From contig OZ242311.1 in the NCBI GenBank assembly GCA_965207885.1, positions 64,001 to 128,000 on the forward strand: 64,000 nucleotides of DNA. The letters are read 5' to 3'. Made by a program: the position numbers and the translations under genes. This stretch comes from Candidatus Latescibacterota bacterium. Lineage in GTDB: Bacteria > Latescibacterota > UBA2968. Below are positions 9,634-19,910 of the stretch, one piece after another (the first letter of the stretch is position 1; each line of letters starts with the position of its first letter). The notes below the pieces were generated by a model. It did not search any database. It was not told the origin of the DNA and worked only from the letters and a program-made list of their open reading frames with translations.

Positions 9634-11343
9634 ATGGCGCTTCATAGTGCTGAGCAAAACGTCGTGAACAAGCAGGGACTGAATACTCAAGTAGCGGATC
9701 CCACTTACCGCAAAGTTTTGCGGATCAATCCTCGCCGTCTCCTGGGGGCGTACTACACCCCTGACGCACTTGCAAGTATTTTGGCAACATGGGCACTCGC
9801 GCCTAGGAAGGGGAACGTCTTAGATCCGAGCTTTGGCGGGTGTGCGTTCCTTAACGCGGCAACTACGATTCTGGCTTCCAGGGGTATTTCAAAACCCGGT
9901 AAGCGGGTCTTCGGCGTTGATGTGGACCCGACGTGTATGGAGTACGTACGCAAGGATCAAAATCTCGTCGAGAAGAATTGCATTATTCGAGACTTTCTCA
10001 GCTTGTCTCCAAAAGATATACCCGGGGCACCGTTTCACGCCATAATCGGCAATCCTCCCTACGTGCGTCACCACTGGTTCAATGGAGCGACTCGAAAGGC
10101 AGGCAGGGTAGCCATGGCTGCCGCAGAAGTAGCACTTCCCGAAACTGCGAGTGCCTGGGCGTATTTTCTGATTCACACACTGAGCTTTATCGCAAAGAAC
10201 GGCCGACTCGCAATGCTTGTTCCAGAAGCGATCCTTCAGGCGGACTATGCCACTGTCGTCAGGGACTTGCTTACATCCCGTTTCGATCATGTCTGCCTGG
10301 TTCACATTCGTGACCGTCTGTTTGAGGGCACAGATGAAGCTGTAGTCGCAGTCGCTGCTTCGCAATATGGTGGTAAAAAAGGCGTCTTGCGCGTTGAAGC
10401 CGTCGAGCGGTCTGAGGACCTGGCAGCAGTCCTGAACACCCCAAAAGGCGGGCGTTCTACTTCCCATTTGACAACCCCAAAAGGACGCCGCATTGACTCA
10501 CAGACTGTCCAATTACTCGGTGAATTGGAGCAACATCCTGCGGTCCAAAAGATTTCCGATGTCGCAACCGTGAGTATTGGTTTAGTCACAGGCGCCAACA
10601 AACACTTCATCCGTAATGCCGAAAACTTGAAACAACTTGGTATTCCTCACGAGTCTTGTGTACGACTAATTTCTCGTACGCGATGGCTATCAGGGCTAGA
10701 TTTTACTGAAGAGGATCTCCAGAAACTCGTCGAAGCGGACCAACAAGCCATCCTGGTTCGGCCCACGCCAGAGTGCGAAAATACTCCCGGCATCAAGCAG
10801 TGGATTGACGAAGGGATTAAGGCCGGTATTCACGAACGATATAAATGCACCATACGCGATCCCTGGTTTCGTGTTGATCCAAAGCCTGTACCAGACGCCT
10901 TCGCTACATGTGCCCGTATGGGCGCTCCCTTGCTCGTTCTCAACCGGGCTGGTTGCCAATGTACCAACGCACTTCATGCGATGTACTTGCATTGTCGAAG
11001 CAATGCCTCTCTACCAGCCATCGCTATGGGGTTCCTCACAAGTGCCGTGAGTGTCTGGGCAGAACTCCACGGACGGCGGTACGGAGGAGGCGTCTTGAAG
11101 ATGGAACCCGGTACCCTGAATAGAACGCCGGTACCGATAGTTCAGGGCGCGGAAGCCGCCTTCGACGAACTGAATAAACTCATTCGAGATGGGCGAGAAA
11201 CCGAAGCAAGAAAACGGGCGGACGATCTCGTGCTCAGAGATCAATTGGGTTTGCCAAAGAAAGACATTAAGCGATTACAGCAGGCACACGCCCTGTTGAT
11301 GATCCAACGCCGCCCCACCAGGAATGGAACCGGACATGGCTAA
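9634..11343 (+). CDS. N6-adenine DNA methyltransferase (gamma class, Eco57I/TaqI-like)
   Basis: GAYYTP, VLDPSFGGCAFL (motif I), IIGNPPY (motif IV), C-terminal GRRYGGGVLKMEP. GGAG precedes ATG 9634; alternative start GTG 9622. Confidence 0.9.
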   Translation: MALHSAEQNVVNKQGLNTQVADPTYRKVLRINPRRLLGAYYTPDALASILATWALAPRKGNVLDPSFGGCAFLNAATTILASRGISKPGKRVFGVDVDPTCMEYVRKDQNLVEKNCIIRDFLSLSPKDIPGAPFHAIIGNPPYVRHHWFNGATRKAGRVAMAAAEVALPETASAWAYFLIHTLSFIAKNGRLAMLVPEAILQADYATVVRDLLTSRFDHVCLVHIRDRLFEGTDEAVVAVAASQYGGKKGVLRVEAVERSEDLAAVLNTPKGGRSTSHLTTPKGRRIDSQTVQLLGELEQHPAVQKISDVATVSIGLVTGANKHFIRNAENLKQLGIPHESCVRLISRTRWLSGLDFTEEDLQKLVEADQQAILVRPTPECENTPGIKQWIDEGIKAGIHERYKCTIRDPWFRVDPKPVPDAFATCARMGAPLLVLNRAGCQCTNALHAMYLHCRSNASLPAIAMGFLTSAVSVWAELHGRRYGGGVLKMEPGTLNRTPVPIVQGAEAAFDELNKLIRDGRETEARKRADDLVLRDQLGLPKKDIKRLQQAHALLMIQRRPTRNGTGHG

Positions 11344-13660
11344 GTTCACTGTTGACACCCACTTGTTCCGAGAACTCGGAGAACTACTGGTCGGACGCGA
11401 CTCCACCGCCTTGATCGAACTGATCAAGAACGCCTACGATGCCGATGCGACCGAGGTCACTGTATATGGTGAGCGACTCGACAATCCAGAAGAGGGACAT
11501 ATCCTGGTAACGGACAACGGCGTGGGCATGAATCCGGAAGAGTTCACGAAAGGTTTTCTGAGAGTTGCTTCGCGTCTGAAGGAGCTGGGCGAGCGGCGAT
11601 CCATCTTATTCCAACGCCGTTACACTGGTGCGAAGGGAATTGGTCGGCTTGCTGCTCATAAGCTTGCGCGAAAACTCGAAATTGATAGCGTACCGCAGCT
11701 CTCTGAATTGGATAGGACTCGAGAAGCTCTGAACGCCACAATAGATTGGGACAAAATAGAGCAGTACGAAACCCTGGATGAACTTGACTCTACCGACGCG
11801 ATTCTTCTGGACACCAAGACAATAAGCAAGAACACTCGTTCAGGAACAGCACTTCTCCTATCGCGGTTGCGACGAGCCTGGACCAAGACTGAGCGTGCGA
11901 GGTTTTTAGCTGAGGTTCAATCGTTTGATCCCCCTTCGTTTTTGTGTGAGCCGCTCCCGCGATCGGTTATCGAAGAGCCACTGCTGTTCGACACGCCAAT
12001 TGTACGAGACCAGGGTTCCGATGCCGAGACCTCTTCATTCCGGGTAAACCTTGAAGGAGACTTTGCCGCAGGTGAAGACTACTGGGCGCTTGTTGCGGCA
12101 ACGTTTAACTGGATACTGGAGATTCGGACAGATCCCAATAATGGACACATAGGCTTTGGAATTGCTCCTACAAAAAAGAAGCTGAGGGAAAATCCCGAGA
12201 TTGAGGCATTCTATCATACCATACCTCACCCTACTCCCGAGCGTGGACCCCATTTTGACGCACGTATTCTGGTGAGAGAGGGCCATCAAAAATTTACTCG
12301 AGACCAACGGACGTGGGCAACGAACACCAGTGGCGTTCGAGTTTATCTGGAAGGGTTTCGCGTCCTACCGTATGGAGAACCAACAGACGATTGGCTCTCC
12401 ATTGACGCGGATTATGCGAGACGCCCCCGGCAGCTCGAAATGCTCAAGGATATTGGATTCGGCACAGAAGCTTCTGACCGCAATATTGGACTTGTTCGTG
12501 CGCCGAGCAACAATTACTTCGGCGCAGTTTTTCTTACCCAAAATCGCTGTCCTGAAATGCGACTTCTGGTGAATCGAGAAGGGTTTGTCCCAGAGGCGAG
12601 TTTCGAAACCCTGGAGCGGTTAGTCCGGATGGGAATAGACTTCCTGACTCGCGAGCGTGCAGCGGAGTCCTACGAGCGGCGTCAACAACGAAGGGAGGAT
12701 CGGCGTAAGGGTTCTACAAAGGAAGATACCCCGCAGAGTTCCACCGATATAAGTCATGTAACCAACGACAATATTGAAGTCCCTGAGTTTTTGGAGCGAA
12801 TTCAGGAAGCAACTCATTTAATGAAAAAAGCTGGTGAACATCTTACCGGCGATGACAAAGACGCGACTAATGCAGCTATGCAGAAGTTGGATGAGGTGAA
12901 AATACTCGCTGAAGATTTTGAAGATTTGATTTCAGAACACATGCTCTTATATGTCCTCGCTTCTGTGGGAACTCAGATGGCCGCGTTCGTACATGAGATC
13001 AACGTCTTACTCGCAGCATCACAAACCATTGAGCAGGTGCTTGAAGAGGTGCTTGCTGAGGGTGGTCTATCGCTTGATGAAAGGCGCAGGTTCAGGCGTA
13101 CCTTGAACCGCGCGACAGAGCTCAAACACAGTCTGGAACGTCAAGCCTCTTACTTGATGGACGTCGTGAGTGTTGATGCGCGCCGCCGCCGGTCTCGCCA
13201 GCGTTTATGTGAACGTTTCGATGCCGCAGTTCGTCTCGTACAGCATCAAGCAGAACGCCGAAGTATCAAAATTGACAATCATATTCCACCCGAATTGAGG
13301 TCTCCTCCCCCGATGTTTCCCGCTGAGATTACAGCGATATTCGCCAATCTCCTGACAAATGCGGTTAAAGCCGCTGGAGAGGATGGACATATCCTTGCTT
13401 CAGCATCCAGTGGAAATGATCAGGTTCGGATTCGCATCCAGAACACCGGCACTGCCGTCCAACTCAATGACGCCGAGCGCTGGTTCAAACCCTTCCAATC
13501 AACAACATCTGAAGTAAACCCCGTGTTGGGCCAGGGGATGGGGCTGGGACTGACTATTACACGGAACCTGTTGGATAACTATGGAGCAGTTGTGAAATTC
13601 ATCCAGCCGGATAGCGCATTTGCAACTGCAGTCGAAATAGCCTTGCCAAGTAGGAGTTAG
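11336..13660 (+). CDS. MORC/GHKL ATPase fused to a sensor histidine kinase module
   Basis: N-terminal ELIKNAYDADA, DNGVGM, GAKGIGRLA; central GVRVY..GFRVLPYG, NREGF; C-terminal H-box AAFVHEI, NLLTNAVKA, FKPFQST, GMGLGL. Overlaps the methyltransferase stop. Confidence 0.88.
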   Translation: MAKFTVDTHLFRELGELLVGRDSTALIELIKNAYDADATEVTVYGERLDNPEEGHILVTDNGVGMNPEEFTKGFLRVASRLKELGERRSILFQRRYTGAKGIGRLAAHKLARKLEIDSVPQLSELDRTREALNATIDWDKIEQYETLDELDSTDAILLDTKTISKNTRSGTALLLSRLRRAWTKTERARFLAEVQSFDPPSFLCEPLPRSVIEEPLLFDTPIVRDQGSDAETSSFRVNLEGDFAAGEDYWALVAATFNWILEIRTDPNNGHIGFGIAPTKKKLRENPEIEAFYHTIPHPTPERGPHFDARILVREGHQKFTRDQRTWATNTSGVRVYLEGFRVLPYGEPTDDWLSIDADYARRPRQLEMLKDIGFGTEASDRNIGLVRAPSNNYFGAVFLTQNRCPEMRLLVNREGFVPEASFETLERLVRMGIDFLTRERAAESYERRQQRREDRRKGSTKEDTPQSSTDISHVTNDNIEVPEFLERIQEATHLMKKAGEHLTGDDKDATNAAMQKLDEVKILAEDFEDLISEHMLLYVLASVGTQMAAFVHEINVLLAASQTIEQVLEEVLAEGGLSLDERRRFRRTLNRATELKHSLERQASYLMDVVSVDARRRRSRQRLCERFDAAVRLVQHQAERRSIKIDNHIPPELRSPPPMFPAEITAIFANLLTNAVKAAGEDGHILASASSGNDQVRIRIQNTGTAVQLNDAERWFKPFQSTTSEVNPVLGQGMGLGLTITRNLLDNYGAVVKFIQPDSAFATAVEIALPSRS

Positions 13661-13662
13661 CC

Positions 13663-14808
13663 TTGAGTATGAATAATATCAATAAGCCGTCCATTCTTAT
13701 CATTGACGATAACCCTGACCTCGTCAATATAGAGTTGGGAGACCGCGCAACGACTTATGTAATTCATCCTCAGGATGTAGAAAGATCGGACCTGAATAAT
13801 GCTGATCTGGTTCTGGTGGACTATGCGCTGGAATACTGGTCAGAACGGGATAATCTATCGATCATTTCACTCCAGCCAGCAACCGGAATGGCTCTTGCGG
13901 TTGTGCTACGGGAGCAAGTAGATCAAAATGAAAAAGACAAATTAACAGCATTTGCGCTATATACAGCTCGTCTCAGAGATATTAAGGGGCGATTTGCCCC
14001 TGCGACTGCTCAACACGTTCTTGCGCGCCTGAACAATCTGGAATGGATATTCCCAAAGACGAATCCTGATAGCTACTCAAAGACGAATCCTGATAGCTAT
14101 AACCAGATACTCCTTCTTGCGGATGCTGTCCGGGAGCTTCCAGGCCAATGGTCGAAAGATTCGGATTCAAGGGTGCAACAACTTCTCGATATGGATAAGG
14201 ACAACGAATCGTTTGAGCGCTGCTGGCGTGATGTTAAAGATTGCCGGGTGCCAATTGAAGAATTGTCTGAGGGAGAACATAGCATCCTTTTTATTCGATG
14301 GTTGCTTCATCAAGTATTGCCGTATCCTTGCTTTCTGTGGGCGGAGCACTGGGTTGCAGCACGCCTTGGGATTTCTATTGATGCCCTGCGTGAGGTACTG
14401 GAGGGAGATAGCGATCTGGCGAAAGACTTGGAGTCCATGCGCTATTCGGGGATTCTCGCGGATTTTTTGGGAGATAGGTGGTGGCGTGGTGCTATCGAGG
14501 ACTACGCCTGGAATTTAGTAGAAGGACACACGGCTAATGTACAACATTTACGAGATGCCTTGGCCGAGCGTGCCGGAATGAAACTGAAGTCAATTGACGT
14601 CAACCCCGCTGTGGTTTGTGTGGATAAAAATTGGCAGCCCATCGACAAATTCCTATCGCCAATGGATACCATAACCCTGCATCCTGACCACTGGCCCGCG
14701 TTTGCCGACCCAGCCTGGATGGACATCGAGACTGTGCGAAATGAAGCGACTCTGTTGCCATTGGTGGATCCCCTTGACCAATACCTCATCGAGAATGATG
14801 AAGAATAG
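13663..14808 (+). CDS. Response-regulator receiver domain protein with unknown C-terminal domain
   Basis: ILIIDDN, LVLVDYAL (phospho-acceptor Asp), TGMALA, LYTA. Starts 2 nt after the kinase stop. Confidence 0.75.
   Translation: MSMNNINKPSILIIDDNPDLVNIELGDRATTYVIHPQDVERSDLNNADLVLVDYALEYWSERDNLSIISLQPATGMALAVVLREQVDQNEKDKLTAFALYTARLRDIKGRFAPATAQHVLARLNNLEWIFPKTNPDSYSKTNPDSYNQILLLADAVRELPGQWSKDSDSRVQQLLDMDKDNESFERCWRDVKDCRVPIEELSEGEHSILFIRWLLHQVLPYPCFLWAEHWVAARLGISIDALREVLEGDSDLAKDLESMRYSGILADFLGDRWWRGAIEDYAWNLVEGHTANVQHLRDALAERAGMKLKSIDVNPAVVCVDKNWQPIDKFLSPMDTITLHPDHWPAFADPAWMDIETVRNEATLLPLVDPLDQYLIENDEE
14054..14099 (+). repeat. In-frame 24-bp tandem duplication (KTNPDSYS KTNPDSYN)
   Basis: caaagacgaatcctgatagcta occurs at 14054 and 14078. 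Confidence 0.85.
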
Positions 14809-14818
14809 GACGGCAAGA

Positions 14819-15547
14819 ATGGCTGGGTTTCGCTTTCATTTTTCTGAACTGATCCAAGAGGCCGAAGTGATGCAAACCTTGTCAAAGAGGTTCCTTGATC
14901 CGAATAGGATGTGGGTTTTCTACAGGTTCTTGAGCGCCCTCCGCAGTATTGATGGAAAACCTATAAAAAATGTTTATCCTCTGCAACTTCATTGCCTTCA
15001 CACAAGACCAAGCGATCAGTACGACAGGAAAGCAGGGAAAAAGATATATGCGGTTATTTCAGGAAAGTGGCAGTTGCGACCATTAGAGAAGCACGAGATA
15101 GAATTCTGCGGGATCGCTTCGACGAGGATTGAGTTGTACGCTTCGGATGCTCCTGAGACACGCTTAGCAATGTGGAGCCTGGAACTGGGTGCTGAAGACA
15201 GTCCTGGCTGTTATGTTCACGCTCATATTCTCGGGGACCCCGTCGATCCTCGATTCCCGAAATCAGTTTCTATTCCCAGATTGCCCAGCCTCTTCGTCAC
15301 TCCGATGAGTGCTGTAGAGTTCGTCCTCGGCGAACTCTTCCAAGATAGGTGGTCCAAGGTGACCGACAGCAATGCTAAAAAAGTGACTCGTTGGCGTGAT
15401 ACCCAAAAAAGGTGGCTTCAGAGTCTGTTTTCATGGTACAATGACCAAATGGAGAACGCGAGTTCCTCTCCGTGGATGGCATTAAAGAAGGCAAAGCCAC
15501 CAGAAGACGGCATGTTTCTCCAAAAATCCAGAAGACGGAGATCGTGA
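14819..15547 (+). CDS. Hypothetical protein, putative effector of the methyltransferase/kinase operon
   Basis: Follows the receiver gene by 10 nt. SPGCYVHAH...IPRLPSLFVTP..AVEFVLGELF motif. Start uncertain (14795, 14798 or 14819). Confidence 0.65.
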   Translation: MAGFRFHFSELIQEAEVMQTLSKRFLDPNRMWVFYRFLSALRSIDGKPIKNVYPLQLHCLHTRPSDQYDRKAGKKIYAVISGKWQLRPLEKHEIEFCGIASTRIELYASDAPETRLAMWSLELGAEDSPGCYVHAHILGDPVDPRFPKSVSIPRLPSLFVTPMSAVEFVLGELFQDRWSKVTDSNAKKVTRWRDTQKRWLQSLFSWYNDQMENASSSPWMALKKAKPPEDGMFLQKSRRRRS

Positions 15548-15579
15548 AAATTTAGTTAGAGCCACATCGTGTCGTGCGC

Positions 15580-15619
15580 AGACCAATCAAAATCGCTGAC
15601 TGATTGGTCTTATTTTTTT
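15580..15619 (+). terminator. Rho-independent terminator
   Basis: agaccaatca-N11-tgattggtct stem followed by tattttttt. Confidence 0.75.
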
Positions 15620-15735
15620 GTCTAATTGTCTTTATACTCAAAAACACCATTGCAAAGCCCTGTTTTCACGCTTAAATTGCAGATATTCGTACCATTATTA
15701 TTATGGCCACAACTCCTGCCACAAGGAGAACAAAC

Positions 15736-16965
15736 ATGAAAATCCGACCCGACCTCGTTCCAGAGACCGAGCGGAACAACCTCGAAGTCATCCAACTCAC
15801 GGATGAAACGGTCCCCTCATCACACATCTACATGGAAGCGCAGATCTTCACGCCCGACTCCCAGCGGCTAATCATTCACCGGTCTGCACATCCCCACGGC
15901 TCTGACCCGAAGGACCCCGAGCACCAATTCCTCATCTGCGACCTCGAAGACCATTGCAGCTTAACGCCCATCACCACCGAACTCGGAACCACCGGACCAT
16001 CCATCTCCCCCGATGGCGAATGGCTCTACTACTTCGTCAACGAAACAGAACCCGGAGGCGGACGCCTGACACTCAAACGCGTCAAAATGGACGGAACAGA
16101 ACGCGACACCATCTATGTCCTGGACCACGCCATACCCGACACCGACTTCAGATTGAGCCGACCATATCCCCTCTCGACAATCTCATCCGACGGCAAGCGC
16201 ATCGCCATCTCGGGATTCCTCGGCGACGGCAAAACCGCAGGCGCGCCCTGGGGCCTCCTCGTCTTCGACATTGAAAAGCCATCTGTACGCCTGATCTTTC
16301 ACGGACCATCCTGGTGCAATATCCACCCACAATACACGCGCCAAACAGGCCCTGTCGCCTCCCACGACATCATGATCCAGGAAAACCACGGCAACACCGC
16401 ATCGCCCGACGGCAGCGTAGAAACACTCGTCAGTGGACAGGGCGCAGACATCCACCTGATCCGTGACGACGGCACCGCACTGCGCGACTTCCCCTGGGGA
16501 CGGGACGGAAACGAATTCTGCCAGGGGCATCAATGCTGGCAGGGACAAAGCGACATCGCCATCACCAGCACGAGCACACGCGAACCCGCTGAAAGACAAC
16601 TCATCTCCGGACGCGCCGCGTCTCACATCGGCGACGAAGGCATCAACACCCCGGGCGGCTGGCGAAACGACCTGTCCCGATCCTTCGACACGCCCGACTT
16701 CTGCCACTTCGCAACAGACATCGACGGAACGCGGTTAATCACAGACGCAGGTCCAATAGACGCGGGCGGATCAGTCTGGCTATTCGACCTCCCCGAAGAA
16801 GAGGAAGGCGCCCTCGCAAACGCGCGGAAAGTCGCGGACCCCGGATCGTCCTGGCAAAAAAACACACACATCCACCCCTTCCTCTCCCCGGATGGACAGT
16901 CGGGCTTCTTCAACTCCGATGAAAGCGGCATACTACAGGCGTATATGGTACGCGGTTGGTCTTAA
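15736..16965 (+). CDS. Oligogalacturonate lyase-like (PL22) beta-propeller protein
   Basis: SHIYME..FTPDS, HPQY, HQCW, HPFLSPDG..FFNSDESG motifs. AAGGAG before ATG 15736. Confidence 0.65.
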   Translation: MKIRPDLVPETERNNLEVIQLTDETVPSSHIYMEAQIFTPDSQRLIIHRSAHPHGSDPKDPEHQFLICDLEDHCSLTPITTELGTTGPSISPDGEWLYYFVNETEPGGGRLTLKRVKMDGTERDTIYVLDHAIPDTDFRLSRPYPLSTISSDGKRIAISGFLGDGKTAGAPWGLLVFDIEKPSVRLIFHGPSWCNIHPQYTRQTGPVASHDIMIQENHGNTASPDGSVETLVSGQGADIHLIRDDGTALRDFPWGRDGNEFCQGHQCWQGQSDIAITSTSTREPAERQLISGRAASHIGDEGINTPGGWRNDLSRSFDTPDFCHFATDIDGTRLITDAGPIDAGGSVWLFDLPEEEEGALANARKVADPGSSWQKNTHIHPFLSPDGQSGFFNSDESGILQAYMVRGWS

Positions 16966-16989
16966 GCAAAACTAAAAGGAGATACCAAA

Positions 16990-18918
16990 TTGATTCCCCG
17001 ACAAGTGCTGTTTGGCAACCCAGAAAAATCCATGGCCCGAATCAGTCCCGACGGCGAGTATCTCAGCTACCTCGCGCCAGTAGAGGGCGTTTTGAACGTC
17101 TGGGTCACCGCAGTAGAAGATCCCGACTCAGCCAGACCGATCACCAAAGACGAAGAACGCGGCATCCGCCTCTACATCTGGACCTATGATGGGCAGCACA
17201 TCCTGTACTACCAGGATGCCAAAGGCGACGAAGACTGGCATGTGTACGCGACGAATATCACCACAGGCGAGACCCGAGACCTGACGCCCTTTGAAAAAGT
17301 CAACGCGCAGATTCTCTCAGTCAATGAAAAGACGCCCAACGAAATCCTGATCGGCATCAACAACCGCAATCCGCAGCTACACGACGTCTATCGAATCGCG
17401 CTTTCCACCGGCGAGCGGACCCTGATCGAAGAGAATCCGGGCTTTGTCTCTTACCTGTTCGACAACGACGACCGCACGCGTTTTGCCATGACATTTTCGC
17501 CGACCGGAGGACAGGAGATCCTCCAAAGGGATGAGAGCAACCAGTGGCAACCCTTCATAGAGGTTCCCAACACCGACGCCCTGACGACCTATCTGACCGG
17601 CTTCGACAAATCAAACCAGATCCTCTATATGATCGACAGCCGCAAGCGAAACACGGCCGCCTTATTCACCCTCGACCTGGCGTCCAGGAAACAAGAACTG
17701 GTAGCCGAGAACGACCGCGCGGATGTGGGTGGGATATTGGTTCATCCAACAGAGAAACACGTACAAGCCGTATCGTTCATTTACGACCGCAACCGCTGGC
17801 ATGTGCTGGACCCGGCGATTCAAGAGGACATGGATTACTTGCACTCGGTGGAAGACGGCGAATTGTCCATCACCAGCCGCACGCTCGACGACCGCTTGTG
17901 GACAGCGGCCTACGTCCTGGACAACGGGCCGGTCAAATACTACCTGTACGATCGCACAAGGAAGCAGGCGAATTACCTGTTCAGCAACCGCACGGACCTG
18001 GACGAGTACCAACTGGCCAGGATGCATTCGCTGACCATCAAATCCCGGGACGGGTGGAACCTGGTCAGCTATCTGACGCTCCCCCCCGACAGCGCCCCCG
18101 ACGGCGACGCTCGGCCGAGCAATCCTGTACCGCTGGTTTTACTGGTTCACGGGGGTCCCTGGGGACGCGACATCTGGGGCTACAATTCGGAGCATCAATG
18201 GCTGTCGAACCGCGGTTACGCCGTGCTGAGCGTCAACTTCCGCGGCTCGACCGGCTTCGGCAAAGAGTTCACCAACGCTGGCAATGGCGAGTGGGCCGGC
18301 AAAATGCACGACGACCTGATTGACGCTGTCAACTGGGCAGTCCGTGAAAAGATCACGCAGCGCGACCAGGTGGCGATAATGGGCGGCAGCTACGGCGGAT
18401 ACGCGACCCTGGTCGGATTGACCTTCACGCCCGAGACATTCGTCTGCGGCGTCGATATTGTCGGCCCGAGCAACCTCGTCACGCTACTACAAAACGTACC
18501 GCCTTATTGGGTCCCGATCCTCCCAATGATGAAAGACCGCGTAGGTGACTGGACCACAGAAGAGGGCCAGCAATCCTTGCTCGCCAAATCGCCGCTTGCG
18601 CGCGTAGATCAGATCCAGCGCCCGCTGCTGATCGGCCAGGGTGCCAACGACCCGCGCGTCAAACAAGTCGAATCCGATCAAATCGTCGAGGCGATGAAAC
18701 AAAAAAACATTCCCGTGACCTACGTGCTTTATCCAGACGAAGGGCATGGATTCGCACGACCGGAAAACCGCTTGTCGTTTTACGCCGTCGCTGAGGCGTT
18801 CTTATCCGAGCACCTGGGCGGACAGTTTGAACCGGTCGGAAAGGACTTTCAAGGAGCGAAAATTCAGGTGCCAGAAGGAGCGGACCAGGTCCCCGGACTC
18901 CAGACGGCCCTGGCGTAA
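16990..18918 (+). CDS. S9 family peptidase (dipeptidyl aminopeptidase/acylaminoacyl peptidase)
   Basis: VHGGPW, NFRGSTGFG, GGSYGG (Ser), GANDPRV (Asp), DEGHGF (His). TTG start after AAGGAG. Confidence 0.93.
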   Translation: MIPRQVLFGNPEKSMARISPDGEYLSYLAPVEGVLNVWVTAVEDPDSARPITKDEERGIRLYIWTYDGQHILYYQDAKGDEDWHVYATNITTGETRDLTPFEKVNAQILSVNEKTPNEILIGINNRNPQLHDVYRIALSTGERTLIEENPGFVSYLFDNDDRTRFAMTFSPTGGQEILQRDESNQWQPFIEVPNTDALTTYLTGFDKSNQILYMIDSRKRNTAALFTLDLASRKQELVAENDRADVGGILVHPTEKHVQAVSFIYDRNRWHVLDPAIQEDMDYLHSVEDGELSITSRTLDDRLWTAAYVLDNGPVKYYLYDRTRKQANYLFSNRTDLDEYQLARMHSLTIKSRDGWNLVSYLTLPPDSAPDGDARPSNPVPLVLLVHGGPWGRDIWGYNSEHQWLSNRGYAVLSVNFRGSTGFGKEFTNAGNGEWAGKMHDDLIDAVNWAVREKITQRDQVAIMGGSYGGYATLVGLTFTPETFVCGVDIVGPSNLVTLLQNVPPYWVPILPMMKDRVGDWTTEEGQQSLLAKSPLARVDQIQRPLLIGQGANDPRVKQVESDQIVEAMKQKNIPVTYVLYPDEGHGFARPENRLSFYAVAEAFLSEHLGGQFEPVGKDFQGAKIQVPEGADQVPGLQTALA

Positions 18919-18929
18919 ATGAGAACCAC

Positions 18930-19901
18930 ATGACAATCTCCCTCGACCCCATCCGCGACGATTTGATCGCCTGGGCGGAATCCCTCTACCTCCCGGACAC
19001 TGGAGCCTTCCGCAACGGCGACACACCCGCGCCCAGCCTTCCGAGCACCCTCTTCATCACCTATATTTTATACAGCATAAACGCGCTCGGCGCAGTCGCG
19101 CTTGACCGCGCAAAATGGATCGCCTGGATCCAATCGCAACAGAGCGAACAGGACGGATCCTTTGCCTTCCCGCCCTCAGACAATCCGCGCCGTGGGATCG
19201 CATTTTGGAACGCAGTTCGCGCACTCAATATGCTGGGTGCTCAGGTCCTGAAATTCCCCGACGACCAGCGCAGCGCAACAACCATCACCGGACTCCGCCA
19301 ATGGTTCAAAACGTGGAAAGCATCCGGCGACACCCATCACGAAGTCCTCGCGCGCGTACCCATGCTCGTCAGCCATCCAGACCCCGCCTGGATCAACGCT
19401 TTCTTCGACGAACTCGCCGCACAACAGCACCCCGCGCTGGGAACATGGCCCGCTGAAGGATCCACCAACATCAGCCGCACATTTGCCTACAGTCTGATCT
19501 ACACCGGAATGGACAAACTCCCGCCACAACCTGAGAAAATCGTAGATGCCATGCTAAATCTCCAGGAAGAGAATGGCTTCTGGCACGGACGCCCCAACTT
19601 TTCAACCATGGACGCGGTCTATCTCCTATCGCGACTGCCAAAAGCCATCGGGTGGCGCGAGACAGAAGCAAACGCCGCGCTACACCGCACAGCAGATGCA
19701 CTCATCCCCTATTACAAAGCGCACGCCGAACGCGACAAGCAGGACACCCATCAATTCGCGGCCACCGTACAAACACTCGCCCTGCTATACGAAGCCTTGC
19801 CCCGGCGATTCACAACATCGCACCCGTGGCGATTCGGATGGAGCAACAGGGCGTTCTGGCAATGCCGCGTAATCAAAGAGAAACTAACCGTCCATTATTA
19901 A
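18930..19901 (+). CDS. Hypothetical protein with prenyltransferase/squalene-oxidase-like (alpha/alpha) repeats
   Basis: Repeated WIQSQQSEQDGSF, LAAQQHPALGTW and LNLQEENGFW segments (QxxxGxW-like). Confidence 0.6.
   Translation: MTISLDPIRDDLIAWAESLYLPDTGAFRNGDTPAPSLPSTLFITYILYSINALGAVALDRAKWIAWIQSQQSEQDGSFAFPPSDNPRRGIAFWNAVRALNMLGAQVLKFPDDQRSATTITGLRQWFKTWKASGDTHHEVLARVPMLVSHPDPAWINAFFDELAAQQHPALGTWPAEGSTNISRTFAYSLIYTGMDKLPPQPEKIVDAMLNLQEENGFWHGRPNFSTMDAVYLLSRLPKAIGWRETEANAALHRTADALIPYYKAHAERDKQDTHQFAATVQTLALLYEALPRRFTTSHPWRFGWSNRAFWQCRVIKEKLTVHY
19758..19870 (+). repeat. 113-bp direct repeat (3' part of gene 18930-19901), copy 1
   Basis: Identical by eye to 22257-22369. Confidence 0.92.
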
Positions 19902-19910
19902 CACACGAAA

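Noticed and set aside
16990-17030. S9 peptidase as an N-terminally truncated pseudogene
   Set aside because: It has a good RBS with a TTG start and an intact catalytic triad, and cytoplasmic homologs lacking signal peptides exist.
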